Below, in pieces: positions 36,359 through 47,067 of a stretch of DNA of 64,000 nt. The stretch comes from a virus: positions 1 through 64,000 of the IMG/VR virus record IMGVR_UViG_3300043410_000542. One strand, written 5' to 3'. A program made the position numbers and the translations under genes. The notes under the pieces were generated by a model that was not told where the DNA came from, searched no databases, and worked only from the letters and a program-made list of their open reading frames with translations. Position 1 is the first letter of the stretch. Every line of letters begins with the position of its first letter.

Positions 36359-38419
36359 ATGGATTTCAGAAGCCTATTACAATCAATTACTGACCTTTCT
36401 GAGTCAGAAGGTAGTCGAGTACATAAAGGTACATACGGTACAAGTTACGGCAAAGAAGATGTTCGTGACCAATATGGCCATAAAGTTGGTAAAGTAGATA
36501 AGGGTGCAGAAGCATCTAAAGAAGCACCAAAGAAAGGTCGCGGTCGTCCAAAGAAGGATGGTGGTGAAGGTGCTAAGTTTGATTCATCAGCATTAAGCGC
36601 AGCATTTGGTAGCAAGAAGCCAAGCGGTAAAGTTGGTACAGTTTCAGCAAAGCATTCATTAAAAGAATACATTGAATCACAGGAACAACTGAAAAGATTT
36701 GAAACTGTTATGGAAGGCATCTTCGGTGGTAGTGTTGACCATTCATCAATCGCAGCTAACTTATCTAAACTAGCAAGAGTTATCAAGTCAGTACAAACTC
36801 CAGAACAATTTGCAGTTGCACAAAAGTACGCTCAACGTATGTCTGGTACTATTCAAAAACATCAGCACGACGGAATGGGTTTTGGTCCAGGCTTGAGAGC
36901 TAACATTGGTGTATCTAGAGATATCCAGAAAGACCTAGCAGCTAAGGCTCGTGAGTTAGGTATTGAATACAAAGCGTTGGAAGAAGAAGAATTAACAATC
37001 AAGCCTTTGCCAGGTGCAAGTCAAATTGTTGACCCTACAGGTAAAACAATCGGTACAGCAGATGCACAAACAGCAAACGTATTGAAGCAAGCTGCCGCAA
37101 AAGGCACATTAAACTTAGGTGGACAAAATATGGCAGAAGGTAAAAAAGCAAAGCCAGATTTCTTAGACGTTGATGACGATAAAAATGAAAAGGAATCATT
37201 TAAAAAGGCTGTATCTGATAAAGAAAAAGACAAGAAAGAAGTTAAAGAAAGTATCAGCTTTAACGAAATGTCACAAGAAACTCAAAATGATGCACAAGAA
37301 ATGTTGGCTGAATTGCAATCAGACATTGATGAATTCATCAACACCGGTCATTGCAGTGATAAGTTAGAAGCATTCTTAAAAGTGCATGGTCATAGCAAGA
37401 AGAAAATTGCAGATGAAGCAACTACAATCCCTACATCTTCATTTACAAAACCAGGTAGCCCGATGGCAGAACCTAGAACTTCAGCTCCTTTAAGTCCTGC
37501 AGTTCCAGCAACAGGTGGTGCAGCTCCAATGGACGGTGGTTCTTTCCTTAAGAATCTAACAATGCCTACAAAAACATTTGAAAGTACAGATATGAAAGAT
37601 ATTCAATTAGAAGGCTGGGAAAAGCAGCTAAACGGTTTATTAACAGAAGGTATCACTGTATCTTCAAGTCAAGGTCAACAAGGTGCTCCTGATTCAGTAT
37701 CAGTGACAGCTAATGATGCAGATGCACAACAGTTATTAGCTGTATTGCGTCAAGCAGGTTTAGGTGTATTCGGTGGCGGTGAGCAACCAACTAGTAACTA
37801 TGGTGCTCCGATGCCCGCACATGGTGAAGAGCCAGAAGGTAACGGTACAGAGCCAGAAGCTAGCCCAGAAGTAGCTGATGCAGATGACGATATCATGTCT
37901 CTAATCAAGAAAATGACTGGTATTGAGCAAGGTGGTGAACAGCCTCAAACTCTAGAGCCAGCGCAAGGCGGTGAAGAAGGCAGCGAAGATTACAAAGATG
38001 AAGAAGGTTCAGAAGAACAATCTCAAGGTTCAGAAGAACAATCAGGTGAAGAAGAAGTTACTGACGAAGGTAACGACGGTAATCTAGCTAATAACGCTGA
38101 ACCATACGATGAAATCACTCAAGGTGACGTAGTTGCAGGTCGTTTAGGTAAAGATGAAGAAGGCGGCGAAGCAGAGCACGAGCATGAAGAAACTTGTTCT
38201 GATTGCGGTCAAGCATCATGCGAATGCGATGACGAAGAATCTAAAGTAGAAGAAGGTTATGCTAATGAGCCAGACGAAGAAATGGCTAAATTGAAAGCAT
38301 TGCTATCAATGGGCAACGACATGCACCGCATGAAAGGCTCACAAGCAGTTGGTAATCCTGTAAGAGTTGCAGAATCTAACATGATTAACGACTGGAAAAA
38401 GTTAAGCGGAATAAAATAA
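36359..38419 (+). CDS. large acidic internal head protein with AT-hook
   Basis: KKGRGRPKK, PDFLDVDDDKNEKESFKKA, CSDCGQASCEC; many hydrophobic-x-E sites. Confidence 0.7.
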   Translation: MDFRSLLQSITDLSESEGSRVHKGTYGTSYGKEDVRDQYGHKVGKVDKGAEASKEAPKKGRGRPKKDGGEGAKFDSSALSAAFGSKKPSGKVGTVSAKHSLKEYIESQEQLKRFETVMEGIFGGSVDHSSIAANLSKLARVIKSVQTPEQFAVAQKYAQRMSGTIQKHQHDGMGFGPGLRANIGVSRDIQKDLAAKARELGIEYKALEEEELTIKPLPGASQIVDPTGKTIGTADAQTANVLKQAAAKGTLNLGGQNMAEGKKAKPDFLDVDDDKNEKESFKKAVSDKEKDKKEVKESISFNEMSQETQNDAQEMLAELQSDIDEFINTGHCSDKLEAFLKVHGHSKKKIADEATTIPTSSFTKPGSPMAEPRTSAPLSPAVPATGGAAPMDGGSFLKNLTMPTKTFESTDMKDIQLEGWEKQLNGLLTEGITVSSSQGQQGAPDSVSVTANDADAQQLLAVLRQAGLGVFGGGEQPTSNYGAPMPAHGEEPEGNGTEPEASPEVADADDDIMSLIKKMTGIEQGGEQPQTLEPAQGGEEGSEDYKDEEGSEEQSQGSEEQSGEEEVTDEGNDGNLANNAEPYDEITQGDVVAGRLGKDEEGGEAEHEHEETCSDCGQASCECDDEESKVEEGYANEPDEEMAKLKALLSMGNDMHRMKGSQAVGNPVRVAESNMINDWKKLSGIK

Positions 38420-38436
38420 TAAAAATCCGCATTTTT

Positions 38437-38466
38437 AAATAGCACTCTTCGGGGTGCTATTTTTTT
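38437..38466 (+). terminator. UUCG terminator
   Basis: TAGCACTC-TTCG-GGGTGCTA-T7. Confidence 0.9.
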
Positions 38467-38517
38467 GGGCATGTGTTTATTTAAAAACGATAAATACATA
38501 ATAAGGTGTAATAGAAC

Positions 38518-41500
38518 ATGGCACAACAAATTATCGACTTCGGCGCATTCCCTAACGATCCTGCAGCCGATCCTATACGAGCAGCCTTTGCAAAGGTACA
38601 GAACAACTTCACGGACTTGTATTCAGCTACATTGAATACAGGTGTACAATCGCTTCAAACTGGACCTGGGTTAACTCAGAATAGAACGACTGGTAACGTA
38701 GTAATATCAGCAAACATATCAAATATCACAATTCAGACTGGACCTGGATTGTTTGTCGGCGCGGGCGTTGCAGGCACAAATAGCTCTGCTACTATCAGTA
38801 GTTATAACACCCCATTCGTTATTACCCTATCACCTAACGTTACTACTTCAAACATCACTGCGAGTAACATTAGTGGTACTATTAGAACTGGTGCACAACC
38901 TTATATCACATCGGTAGGTACTTTAACTAGCTTATCCGTAACAGGTGGTATTACTGCAAGTTCATTCTCCGGTAACGTAGTTGGTGGGCAAATTTCAGGT
39001 ACAATTACTGCACCTGGTTCTAACACACAAATCTTATTCAATAACAGAGGTAACGTAGGTGCTACTTCTAACTTAGTATACACTGGTACCACATTGACAT
39101 TGACTGGTGCATTGTCAGTTGTAGGTAACATCACAGCACGTAACGTAGACGGTGGTAACTTAGTTTCTGCTAACTACTTCCAAGGTACATTCTTGGGCCC
39201 TGCTGCTAACGCAAGTACAGTTAGTGCTAGTTCACAACCTAACATTACATCAGTTGGTGTATTGACTGGTCTACAAGTTGCAGGTACATTGAATGCTCCT
39301 AGCGTTCAGGGTAACTTGTTAGGTAACGTTACTGGTAACGTTATCGGTAACCTAGTAGGTACTGCTGCAAACTCAGTAACAGTTACAGCAAGTAATCAAC
39401 CAAACATCACTGCACTGGGTAACCTAGTATTACTAAACGTTGACGGCAATGCGAACATCGGTAACATTAGCGCAACGTATGTAACAGCATCATTGACTGC
39501 TGATGCAAGTAATCAGCCTAACATTCGTAAAGTTGGTTTACTAGACGGTCTACAAGTTTCAGGTACAATGGAAGGTGGCAACATCACCTTGACTGGTAAC
39601 TTAGTAGCTCCTAACATGAGCGTTACGACATTCAGTGCAACGTCAATGTCTGGTAACTTGGTAGGTAATGTACAAGGTAATATTTCTGGCAACGTATCAG
39701 GTAACGTATCAGGTAACATCAGTGGTAATATCTCTGGTAACATCAGCATCCCAGGTCAAAACACATACGTTGTATTCAATGATGGTGGGTTAGCTAACAC
39801 ACATAGCGGCATGTCATATAATAGAACAACAGCGTTGTTGTCTATTACAGGTAACGTTCAAGGCGGTAACGTAACTGCTGCTGGTATTATGTTTGCTACA
39901 GTTGCAGCCAACGTAGGTCGTGTAGAATCTGCTAGCAGAACTATCACACTTGCACCTAGCAATCCAATTACATATTCTGGTACAAGAGTAACAGTTAACA
40001 CAGCTTCACCTCATGGATTGTCTGTTGGAAATGAAGTCACGTTGAGTGGCATCACTGGTCCTACTCTAGGTAGTCCTACAAGTGAACCTAACGGTAGCTG
40101 GGCAATTGATACAGTACCATCAGCAACATCTTTCACAATCGTTACGGCAAGTACATATACAGGTACATTCGGTGGTACACAAGTATTGACAGCACTAGGT
40201 ACAGTAAGTGCAACTGGTACTATTAAAGGTGCTAACTTAGTTACAAACGGTTTCTTAAGTGTTCAAGGTAACGCTAACGTTGGTAACATCTATGCAACAA
40301 CTCACACTGGTGTTGCAGTATCAGTTTCCGGTAACGTATCAGGCGCTAACTTAGTTGCTAGCGGATTGTTGAACGTTGTCGGTACATCTAACTTGTCAGG
40401 TGGTGCAAACATCAATGGTACTATCGTTAACAACGGTAATATTACAACACCTAACGTAAACGTAACAACAAAATTAACCACACTAGACTTGTCTGCACGT
40501 GGTAACTTAGACGGTGCAAACATCAGTACTGGTGGTATTCTATCAGTAACAGGTAATGCTTCTACTGGTAACTTAGCTACAGGTATCATCGTAGCAACTG
40601 GCAACATTACAGGTGGTGCTGGCACTAACATCAGTATCGGTGGCAACTTTGTAACAACAAGTGGTGTACAAGGTGCAACATTAAGATCAACCGGTGGTGC
40701 AAACGTAGGTGGCACTGCTAACGTAGGTAGCTTAGAAACACCGGGCACAATTACTGCTACTGGTAACATCAATGCTAATGCTGCAACTGTTAACGCTGCA
40801 AACTTAGTTGCAACTAACTCAATGACAGCCGGTAATCTAGTGACACCGGGTACTCTCGCAGTAACTGGTAATGCGAACGTAGGTAACTTAGGTGCAACTA
40901 CAATGACTGGTGTAACTTTGATTGCATCAGGTAACGTATCGGGTGCTAACTTAGTTGCTAGTGGTTTACTATCAGTAACCGGTAATGCTAATGCAGGTAA
41001 CGTCGGCACTCAACATATTGTTGCAACCGGTGATATCACTGCATCTTCTGGCACACTAACATCTAACGTTGCTAACGCTAACTTAATCAATGCCGGTAAT
41101 GTACAATCAGGTAACATTTATGCAAACAGTGGTTTAATCAGAGCATTGAATCATACTGTAACTGGACAAGCGACATTGTTGCACGTTGCAGCTTCGGGTA
41201 CTGCTAGCTTCACTGGTGCTACATTCAGCGTATCTGGTACAGCTACATTAGGTGAAGTTCCTACAGTCGGTAACATTACATCGCAAGCAAACGTTCAAGC
41301 TGCAAACTTAGTTGCAACTAACACATTGACCGGTGGTAACTTAACAACTCCTGGACAATTGAGCGTTGCTGGTACAGCTAACGTATCACATATGACATTG
41401 CCTACAGTCACATTGACTGGCACAGGCAGTATCACTTCTATTGCATATAGTAGCACTACAATTCGTGTTACTACAGTAAACCCACACGGCATGACAATCG

Positions 41501-44247
41501 TGGGTGCAACAATCACGGTAACAAACGCATCTGCTACATCAAACGCACCTAATGGTACATATGTAGTAAGCAACATCATCGATCCTAATAAGTTTGAATT
41601 TATTGCTGCGTTAACACCATCAAACACACCATCTGGCTCAATTACAATTAGTTCTTCTACTACTATCGTAATCAAGCCATTATTGTCAAGTACTGGTTCA
41701 GGGTCATTCGGCGGCACATTGAGCGTATCTGGTAACAGCAACGTAGGTAACGTCGGTACTCAGCACGTAGTTGCGTCGGGTGACGTTTACGCTAACAGCG
41801 GTACATTGTACTCTAACGTTGCTAATGCAAACACTATTAATACAGGTAACTTAGCAACTACAGGTAACTTGTATGCTAATACTGGTTTAATTAAGTCTGC
41901 AAACAGTACTATCACTGATACTCTATCAGCATTGCATGTTACCGGTACAGGTAACTTAGTCTTTACTAATGCGGCAGCAAACTTCACTGTAGCTGCGAAT
42001 GCTAACATCGGTAACATTGCAAGTGTAATGCACATCAATGCGACTGGTGACTTCACAGCATTGAATGGTACAGTGAAGTCATTGAATGCTAACGTAACTG
42101 GCTTACACACTGCTGGCAACTTGAAGATTACAACTGATGCAAACATAGTAGGTAACAGTACGCACGGTAACATTGAATCGTTAGGTTTATTGAACGTTAG
42201 AGGTAATGCTAACATCGGTAACGTGGGTATACAACACATCGTTGCTACTGGTAATGCAAACATTTCCGGTGCAATCAAAGTTACTGGGCAAGCTAACGTA
42301 GGTAACTTGAGCTTCCCACCAACAGCAACTATAGCAATGTCAAGTGTAGGTTATTCAAGTACAACTATTACAGTTGGCACTTCTGCTCCACACGGTTTAG
42401 CAGTTGGTAACGAAATTATCTTAGCTGGTCTAACTGCAACCACGAATGCTCCTAACGGAATCTATTTGATTGCAACTGTCCCTAGCGACTCTACATTTAC
42501 TATTACTGCAACAGTAGCTCCGACAGGCGCTATTGGTTTCGGCAGTGCTACATTGACAGTACGTCCATTGATTACTTCACAAGGTTCTGGTATATTCAAT
42601 GGTAGATTAGTAGTCGGTGGTGATGCTTCATTGGGTAACATCCCATCAGTAATGCACATCACTGCAACCGGTAACGTACAAGCTGCGTTTATGGCATCAG
42701 GCAATGCTAATATCAGTTCTAACTTAAGCGTACTTGGTACTGCTAACTTGAACAACGTCAACATGACTGGTGTATTAGGTACAACAGGTGGTGCTAACTT
42801 CGGTAGCGGTAATGCAGTGTTCTATGCCAACGGTGCAGCTAACTTGACCGGAAATATCGGCGCACCTCATGTATTCGTTTCAGGCAACGTTGAAGCAGGT
42901 ATATTGAAATCATCTGGTATCATGTTCGCTACTGGTAACGTAACAGGTGGCAACTTAGTAACCAACGGTGTACTAGATGTTAAAGGTGATGCTAGTGTTG
43001 GTAACATCACTACGAAAGATATCAATGGTACATTAGTAACTGTATCAGGTAACGTATCGGGTGCTAACTTAGTTGCTAGCGGCGTATTGAAAGTTGCAGG
43101 TACTGCTAACGTAGGTAACTTGAACTTACCAAGTACATTAGTAGGTATCACAAGTGTATCTTATTCAGGTACGACTATCACTGTTGTTACAGCGACAGCA
43201 CATGGTGCATCAGTTGGTACAGAATTCACATTAACTGGTATTACAACATCAGGTGCTAATCCACCAAACATCAATGCAGGCGGTAACCCAGCATGGTTCA
43301 CAGTTACAAGCGTAACTAACACAACAACATTCGTGTTCACGGCTGCTGTTGCACCGTCTGGTACATTGAATACTAGTGCAGGTTCATTGAACATTCGCCC
43401 ATACTTAATCAGTACAGGTTCTGCTACATATGGTGGTAACTTAACTGCTACCGGTAACGTTGTTGCTGGTGCATTTACTGGTGTAGGTTCTGGGTTAACT
43501 TCATTGAATGCTAGTGCGATTACGTCAGGTACTATCTCATCTAGCTTGATCCCTACATTGAATCAAAGCACAACAGGTTATGCAGGTACCGTATCAGCAT
43601 CAAATCAACCTAACATTACAGCAGTTGGTCAATTGCTATCATTGGCAGTTGGTGCAGCAGGTGGAGGTGCGAACGTTAACTTGTATGCTAACGGTGCAGC
43701 TAACTTCAGTGGTAACTTGAATGCATCGTACATCAGTGCTAACGGTTCATTGCTAACATCTATTAACGGTAGCAACGTAAGTAAAGTTGGTACTGCAGGC
43801 ACTGCTGATATTGCAAACGATATTAAAGCAGGTTCATACACTAACATTACTGGTGTAGGTACATTGAACGCATTGAGCATGAGCGGTGCTATCACCGGTG
43901 TTACTAACATCACTGCTAGCGGCTTTGTAATGCACAGTGCAGGTACTGGTATTGCAGCTACAGGTACTACACAAGGTACTTCAACTCCGTTGACTAAACA
44001 GATTAACGTAGTTACAAGTTCAACTCCTGCAGTAAATGATGGTGTTATGTTACCGACAGTTGCAGCTGGTATGACATGTATCATCATTAATACAGCAGTA
44101 GCGAACATCAAAGTATATCCACAATCATCAGGATATGTTGATGGTTTAGCAGTTAACACACCATTCGTATTAGGGCCAGGTGCAAGACTAATGTTCGTTG
44201 GAACAAGTTTGACACAATGGTACACAATGACAGCAGTTTATGGATAA
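38518..44247 (+). CDS. giant N/G/T-rich tail fibre/adhesin (1909 aa)
   Basis: N-terminal PND..ADPIRAAFAKVQNNFTDLY fibre anchor; QPNIT and GNV repeats; GATAAATA at 38489. Confidence 0.85.
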   Translation: MAQQIIDFGAFPNDPAADPIRAAFAKVQNNFTDLYSATLNTGVQSLQTGPGLTQNRTTGNVVISANISNITIQTGPGLFVGAGVAGTNSSATISSYNTPFVITLSPNVTTSNITASNISGTIRTGAQPYITSVGTLTSLSVTGGITASSFSGNVVGGQISGTITAPGSNTQILFNNRGNVGATSNLVYTGTTLTLTGALSVVGNITARNVDGGNLVSANYFQGTFLGPAANASTVSASSQPNITSVGVLTGLQVAGTLNAPSVQGNLLGNVTGNVIGNLVGTAANSVTVTASNQPNITALGNLVLLNVDGNANIGNISATYVTASLTADASNQPNIRKVGLLDGLQVSGTMEGGNITLTGNLVAPNMSVTTFSATSMSGNLVGNVQGNISGNVSGNVSGNISGNISGNISIPGQNTYVVFNDGGLANTHSGMSYNRTTALLSITGNVQGGNVTAAGIMFATVAANVGRVESASRTITLAPSNPITYSGTRVTVNTASPHGLSVGNEVTLSGITGPTLGSPTSEPNGSWAIDTVPSATSFTIVTASTYTGTFGGTQVLTALGTVSATGTIKGANLVTNGFLSVQGNANVGNIYATTHTGVAVSVSGNVSGANLVASGLLNVVGTSNLSGGANINGTIVNNGNITTPNVNVTTKLTTLDLSARGNLDGANISTGGILSVTGNASTGNLATGIIVATGNITGGAGTNISIGGNFVTTSGVQGATLRSTGGANVGGTANVGSLETPGTITATGNINANAATVNAANLVATNSMTAGNLVTPGTLAVTGNANVGNLGATTMTGVTLIASGNVSGANLVASGLLSVTGNANAGNVGTQHIVATGDITASSGTLTSNVANANLINAGNVQSGNIYANSGLIRALNHTVTGQATLLHVAASGTASFTGATFSVSGTATLGEVPTVGNITSQANVQAANLVATNTLTGGNLTTPGQLSVAGTANVSHMTLPTVTLTGTGSITSIAYSSTTIRVTTVNPHGMTIVGATITVTNASATSNAPNGTYVVSNIIDPNKFEFIAALTPSNTPSGSITISSSTTIVIKPLLSSTGSGSFGGTLSVSGNSNVGNVGTQHVVASGDVYANSGTLYSNVANANTINTGNLATTGNLYANTGLIKSANSTITDTLSALHVTGTGNLVFTNAAANFTVAANANIGNIASVMHINATGDFTALNGTVKSLNANVTGLHTAGNLKITTDANIVGNSTHGNIESLGLLNVRGNANIGNVGIQHIVATGNANISGAIKVTGQANVGNLSFPPTATIAMSSVGYSSTTITVGTSAPHGLAVGNEIILAGLTATTNAPNGIYLIATVPSDSTFTITATVAPTGAIGFGSATLTVRPLITSQGSGIFNGRLVVGGDASLGNIPSVMHITATGNVQAAFMASGNANISSNLSVLGTANLNNVNMTGVLGTTGGANFGSGNAVFYANGAANLTGNIGAPHVFVSGNVEAGILKSSGIMFATGNVTGGNLVTNGVLDVKGDASVGNITTKDINGTLVTVSGNVSGANLVASGVLKVAGTANVGNLNLPSTLVGITSVSYSGTTITVVTATAHGASVGTEFTLTGITTSGANPPNINAGGNPAWFTVTSVTNTTTFVFTAAVAPSGTLNTSAGSLNIRPYLISTGSATYGGNLTATGNVVAGAFTGVGSGLTSLNASAITSGTISSSLIPTLNQSTTGYAGTVSASNQPNITAVGQLLSLAVGAAGGGANVNLYANGAANFSGNLNASYISANGSLLTSINGSNVSKVGTAGTADIANDIKAGSYTNITGVGTLNALSMSGAITGVTNITASGFVMHSAGTGIAATGTTQGTSTPLTKQINVVTSSTPAVNDGVMLPTVAAGMTCIIINTAVANIKVYPQSSGYVDGLAVNTPFVLGPGARLMFVGTSLTQWYTMTAVYG

Positions 44248-44259
44248 TAAGGAAATATT

Positions 44260-44883
44260 ATGATTACAGTAGATTTATTACAGGCACTATGCCCAAAGAC
44301 AAAGCGTTCAGTTTTAGAATTGTACGCACAACCTCTACACGAAGTTGCAACATACTACGATATGTATGATAATATGCATCGTGCGGCCGCATTCGTTGCT
44401 CAGACAGCACACGAATCAGGTGGCTTTAATTTTGTTAAAGAAAACTTGAACTACAGTGCTAAAGGTTTGATGGGTACTTTCAAAAAGTACTTCCCTAACG
44501 AAGCAATTGCTAAAGAGTATGAGCGTAAACCAGAGAAGATTGCTAACAGAGTTTATGCTAATCGTATGTCTAATGGCGATGAAGCATCAGGTGATGGCTA
44601 CAAGTTCTGTGGTCGTGGTTTGATTCAATTGACTGGTCGTGCTAACTATACAAAGTTTGCAGAAGACTTGGGTATCAGCTTAGATGAAACAGTAGCATAC
44701 CTAGAAACACCAGAAGGTGCTGTAAGTTCAGCTGGTTGGTTCTGGGACAATAACAACTTGAACAGCTATTGCGACAAAGACGATTTTGTTACATTGACAA
44801 AACGTATCAACGGCGGTACTATTGGATTAGAAGATAGACAACATCATTATCACATTGCACTAGACTTGTTACAAGGTCATTAA
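44260..44883 (+). CDS. glycoside hydrolase family 19 endolysin
   Basis: AQTAHESGGF, ENLNYS, GRGLIQLTGRANY, TKRINGG. Confidence 0.92.
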   Translation: MITVDLLQALCPKTKRSVLELYAQPLHEVATYYDMYDNMHRAAAFVAQTAHESGGFNFVKENLNYSAKGLMGTFKKYFPNEAIAKEYERKPEKIANRVYANRMSNGDEASGDGYKFCGRGLIQLTGRANYTKFAEDLGISLDETVAYLETPEGAVSSAGWFWDNNNLNSYCDKDDFVTLTKRINGGTIGLEDRQHHYHIALDLLQGH

Positions 44884-44884
44884 T

Positions 44885-47044
44885 ATGTCACAACCAGTAT
44901 GGAAAACGCAAGCAGGTAGCTTAGGAACATACCCTACAGGAATCCCGATATCTATTCAATTAGCAGCGACTCCTGAAATACCTGCGACAATGGTATCATA
45001 TACGTTGTTGAGTGGTAACTTACCAGCTGGTGCATTGACCTTAAGTTATTCAGGATTGTTGTCGGGAACTCCTGACAATATTTCAACTGAAGAAACATCT
45101 ACGTTTACAATACGTGCCAAAGATGATTTGAACAACATAAGAGACAGAACATTTTCGTTGACTGTATCAGGATCTAATCGTCCTACGTTTACAGTTCCAC
45201 CTGGTGAACTGTTGCACATACAAGACAGTGTTTATGTAGAGTATCATCTAAGTTATTCTAATCCTATCAGTGACAATGAAGTTACTGTATCAGTATCATC
45301 TGGTAGTTTGCCACCTGGTCTGTATATGGATCCTAAGGGTATCATTAAGGGATATCCTGAGATTCCCGTAATGGCTGATAGAAGCCCTACAACTACAGTG
45401 TCTACATTCTCAGTGCAATTGAGAAGTGCGCTGGGCGATGATTTGACTGTATATTCAATAACCATTATGAATCAGCAATTACGCAATCCACCTAATACAC
45501 GATTGCCTGTAATTCTAAATAAGAAACCATTGAGCGAGCCTATTGCTAATGATGACTTGAACTACGATTTTTATTTGTTGAACAATAAACAGATTCCCAC
45601 TATTCGTGCGAATGAAAACTTCTCATTCAAAATCATAGGTCATGACTTTGACCGAAATGAACTTCAGTATCATTACGGTGATTTGCCACCTGGACTAGTC
45701 GGAGATCCTAGCACAGGCTGGATAACAGGTGCACCTGTTCTTCCTGATTTCTCCATTAAGAGATACGATGTTACTGTCAGCGTAGCTAAGAAATTTGCTT
45801 TGGGTATTACCAGTCGCCCTGAAACATTCACCATACTTGTAACTAATCAAGTACCAGAAGATATTGTATGGGTAACTAAACCTGACTTGGGTACTATCTT
45901 TAATGGCACTGTCAGTACCATGACACTAGAAGCAACTTCTACGTTGGATTTGGTTTATAGAATAACAGATGGATCATTGCCACCTAACTTAGTATTATTA
46001 GATACAGGTGAGATAGTAGGTCGTGTAGCAGAACAACCAACCGAGTATATCTTGCCAGAAGGTGCAGATACATTATACACATTTACAGTAGAAGCGTTGA
46101 ACCCAAACAATCCTGCATTGTCTAAGTTTCAAACATTTACTCTCGTTGTAAATCAGTATTACCCTGAACCTTTAGAGAACGTATATTTTAAGGCAGCATC
46201 GTCAATCAAAGAGAAAAGAACAATTCATAGTTTGTTGACAAATGAAGCTATCATCCCTACTGAGATGTTATACAGACCACGAGATCCGTATTACGGTAAG
46301 GCAACAGATGTTAGAATCATTCAAGCATATGGCATGAAAGCTAGCACTGTAAATGATTACGTCAATGCTGTAAGAGAGAACCACTATCAACGAACAATCG
46401 TATTGGGCGAGATACAAACCGCAGTTGCTACAGACGCACACGGCAATGTAATCTACGAAGTTGTCTACAGTAAAGTTATGGATGACTTAGTAAATGAAAA
46501 AGACGTTAGTGTATCAAAAACTTTGATATGGCCTAGACCTATCAATTTACGTTTAGGTCCATGGACTATCAATAATTCTTCAATCAAACCTAAAGAAATG
46601 AGGACGTTGCATACTAACTTAAGTCCTGGCAATATCAGTTCTTTGAACACCGGTAGTTTGGAGAATATGCGTAAAGAGCTAACAGATAATATAAGCCAAA
46701 ACGTAGATAGTCGCTTGTTGCCACAATGGATGGTAACACAACAAACAGATAGCACAACATTGGGCTTCACATTAGCATGGGTAATCTGCTACACAAAGCC
46801 AGGAATGTCTGCCACTATCAAAAACAACATTGAGACATTGTGGGGTCACAAACTCAATGAAATCGACTTTACAATAGATAGATATGTAGTCGATAAGAGT
46901 GCAACCTATAATTGGAACACAAATCTTGCTGTTCCTACATGGAACTCATTACCTAGCGGAGTTCCGGTGCCCGATCCATTCGATTCTAATGACATTGTAG
47001 TTCTATTCCCTAGAAAAACAATTTTGCCTAAAGAAATCGAATAA
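44885..47044 (+). CDS. Ig-repeat structural/baseplate protein
   Basis: Repeated G.LPPGL..G.I.G.P (putative Ig, He_PIG-like) units. Confidence 0.75.
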   Translation: MSQPVWKTQAGSLGTYPTGIPISIQLAATPEIPATMVSYTLLSGNLPAGALTLSYSGLLSGTPDNISTEETSTFTIRAKDDLNNIRDRTFSLTVSGSNRPTFTVPPGELLHIQDSVYVEYHLSYSNPISDNEVTVSVSSGSLPPGLYMDPKGIIKGYPEIPVMADRSPTTTVSTFSVQLRSALGDDLTVYSITIMNQQLRNPPNTRLPVILNKKPLSEPIANDDLNYDFYLLNNKQIPTIRANENFSFKIIGHDFDRNELQYHYGDLPPGLVGDPSTGWITGAPVLPDFSIKRYDVTVSVAKKFALGITSRPETFTILVTNQVPEDIVWVTKPDLGTIFNGTVSTMTLEATSTLDLVYRITDGSLPPNLVLLDTGEIVGRVAEQPTEYILPEGADTLYTFTVEALNPNNPALSKFQTFTLVVNQYYPEPLENVYFKAASSIKEKRTIHSLLTNEAIIPTEMLYRPRDPYYGKATDVRIIQAYGMKASTVNDYVNAVRENHYQRTIVLGEIQTAVATDAHGNVIYEVVYSKVMDDLVNEKDVSVSKTLIWPRPINLRLGPWTINNSSIKPKEMRTLHTNLSPGNISSLNTGSLENMRKELTDNISQNVDSRLLPQWMVTQQTDSTTLGFTLAWVICYTKPGMSATIKNNIETLWGHKLNEIDFTIDRYVVDKSATYNWNTNLAVPTWNSLPSGVPVPDPFDSNDIVVLFPRKTILPKEIE

Positions 47045-47067
47045 TAAATACATCACGGAACAACAAT

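Noticed and set aside
38901-44225. Long minus-strand ORFs opposite the giant fibre gene (also opposite the sheath and clpA genes)
   Set aside because: These are antisense shadows caused by biased codon usage of the + strand gene; they have no RBS or promoter and are low-complexity.
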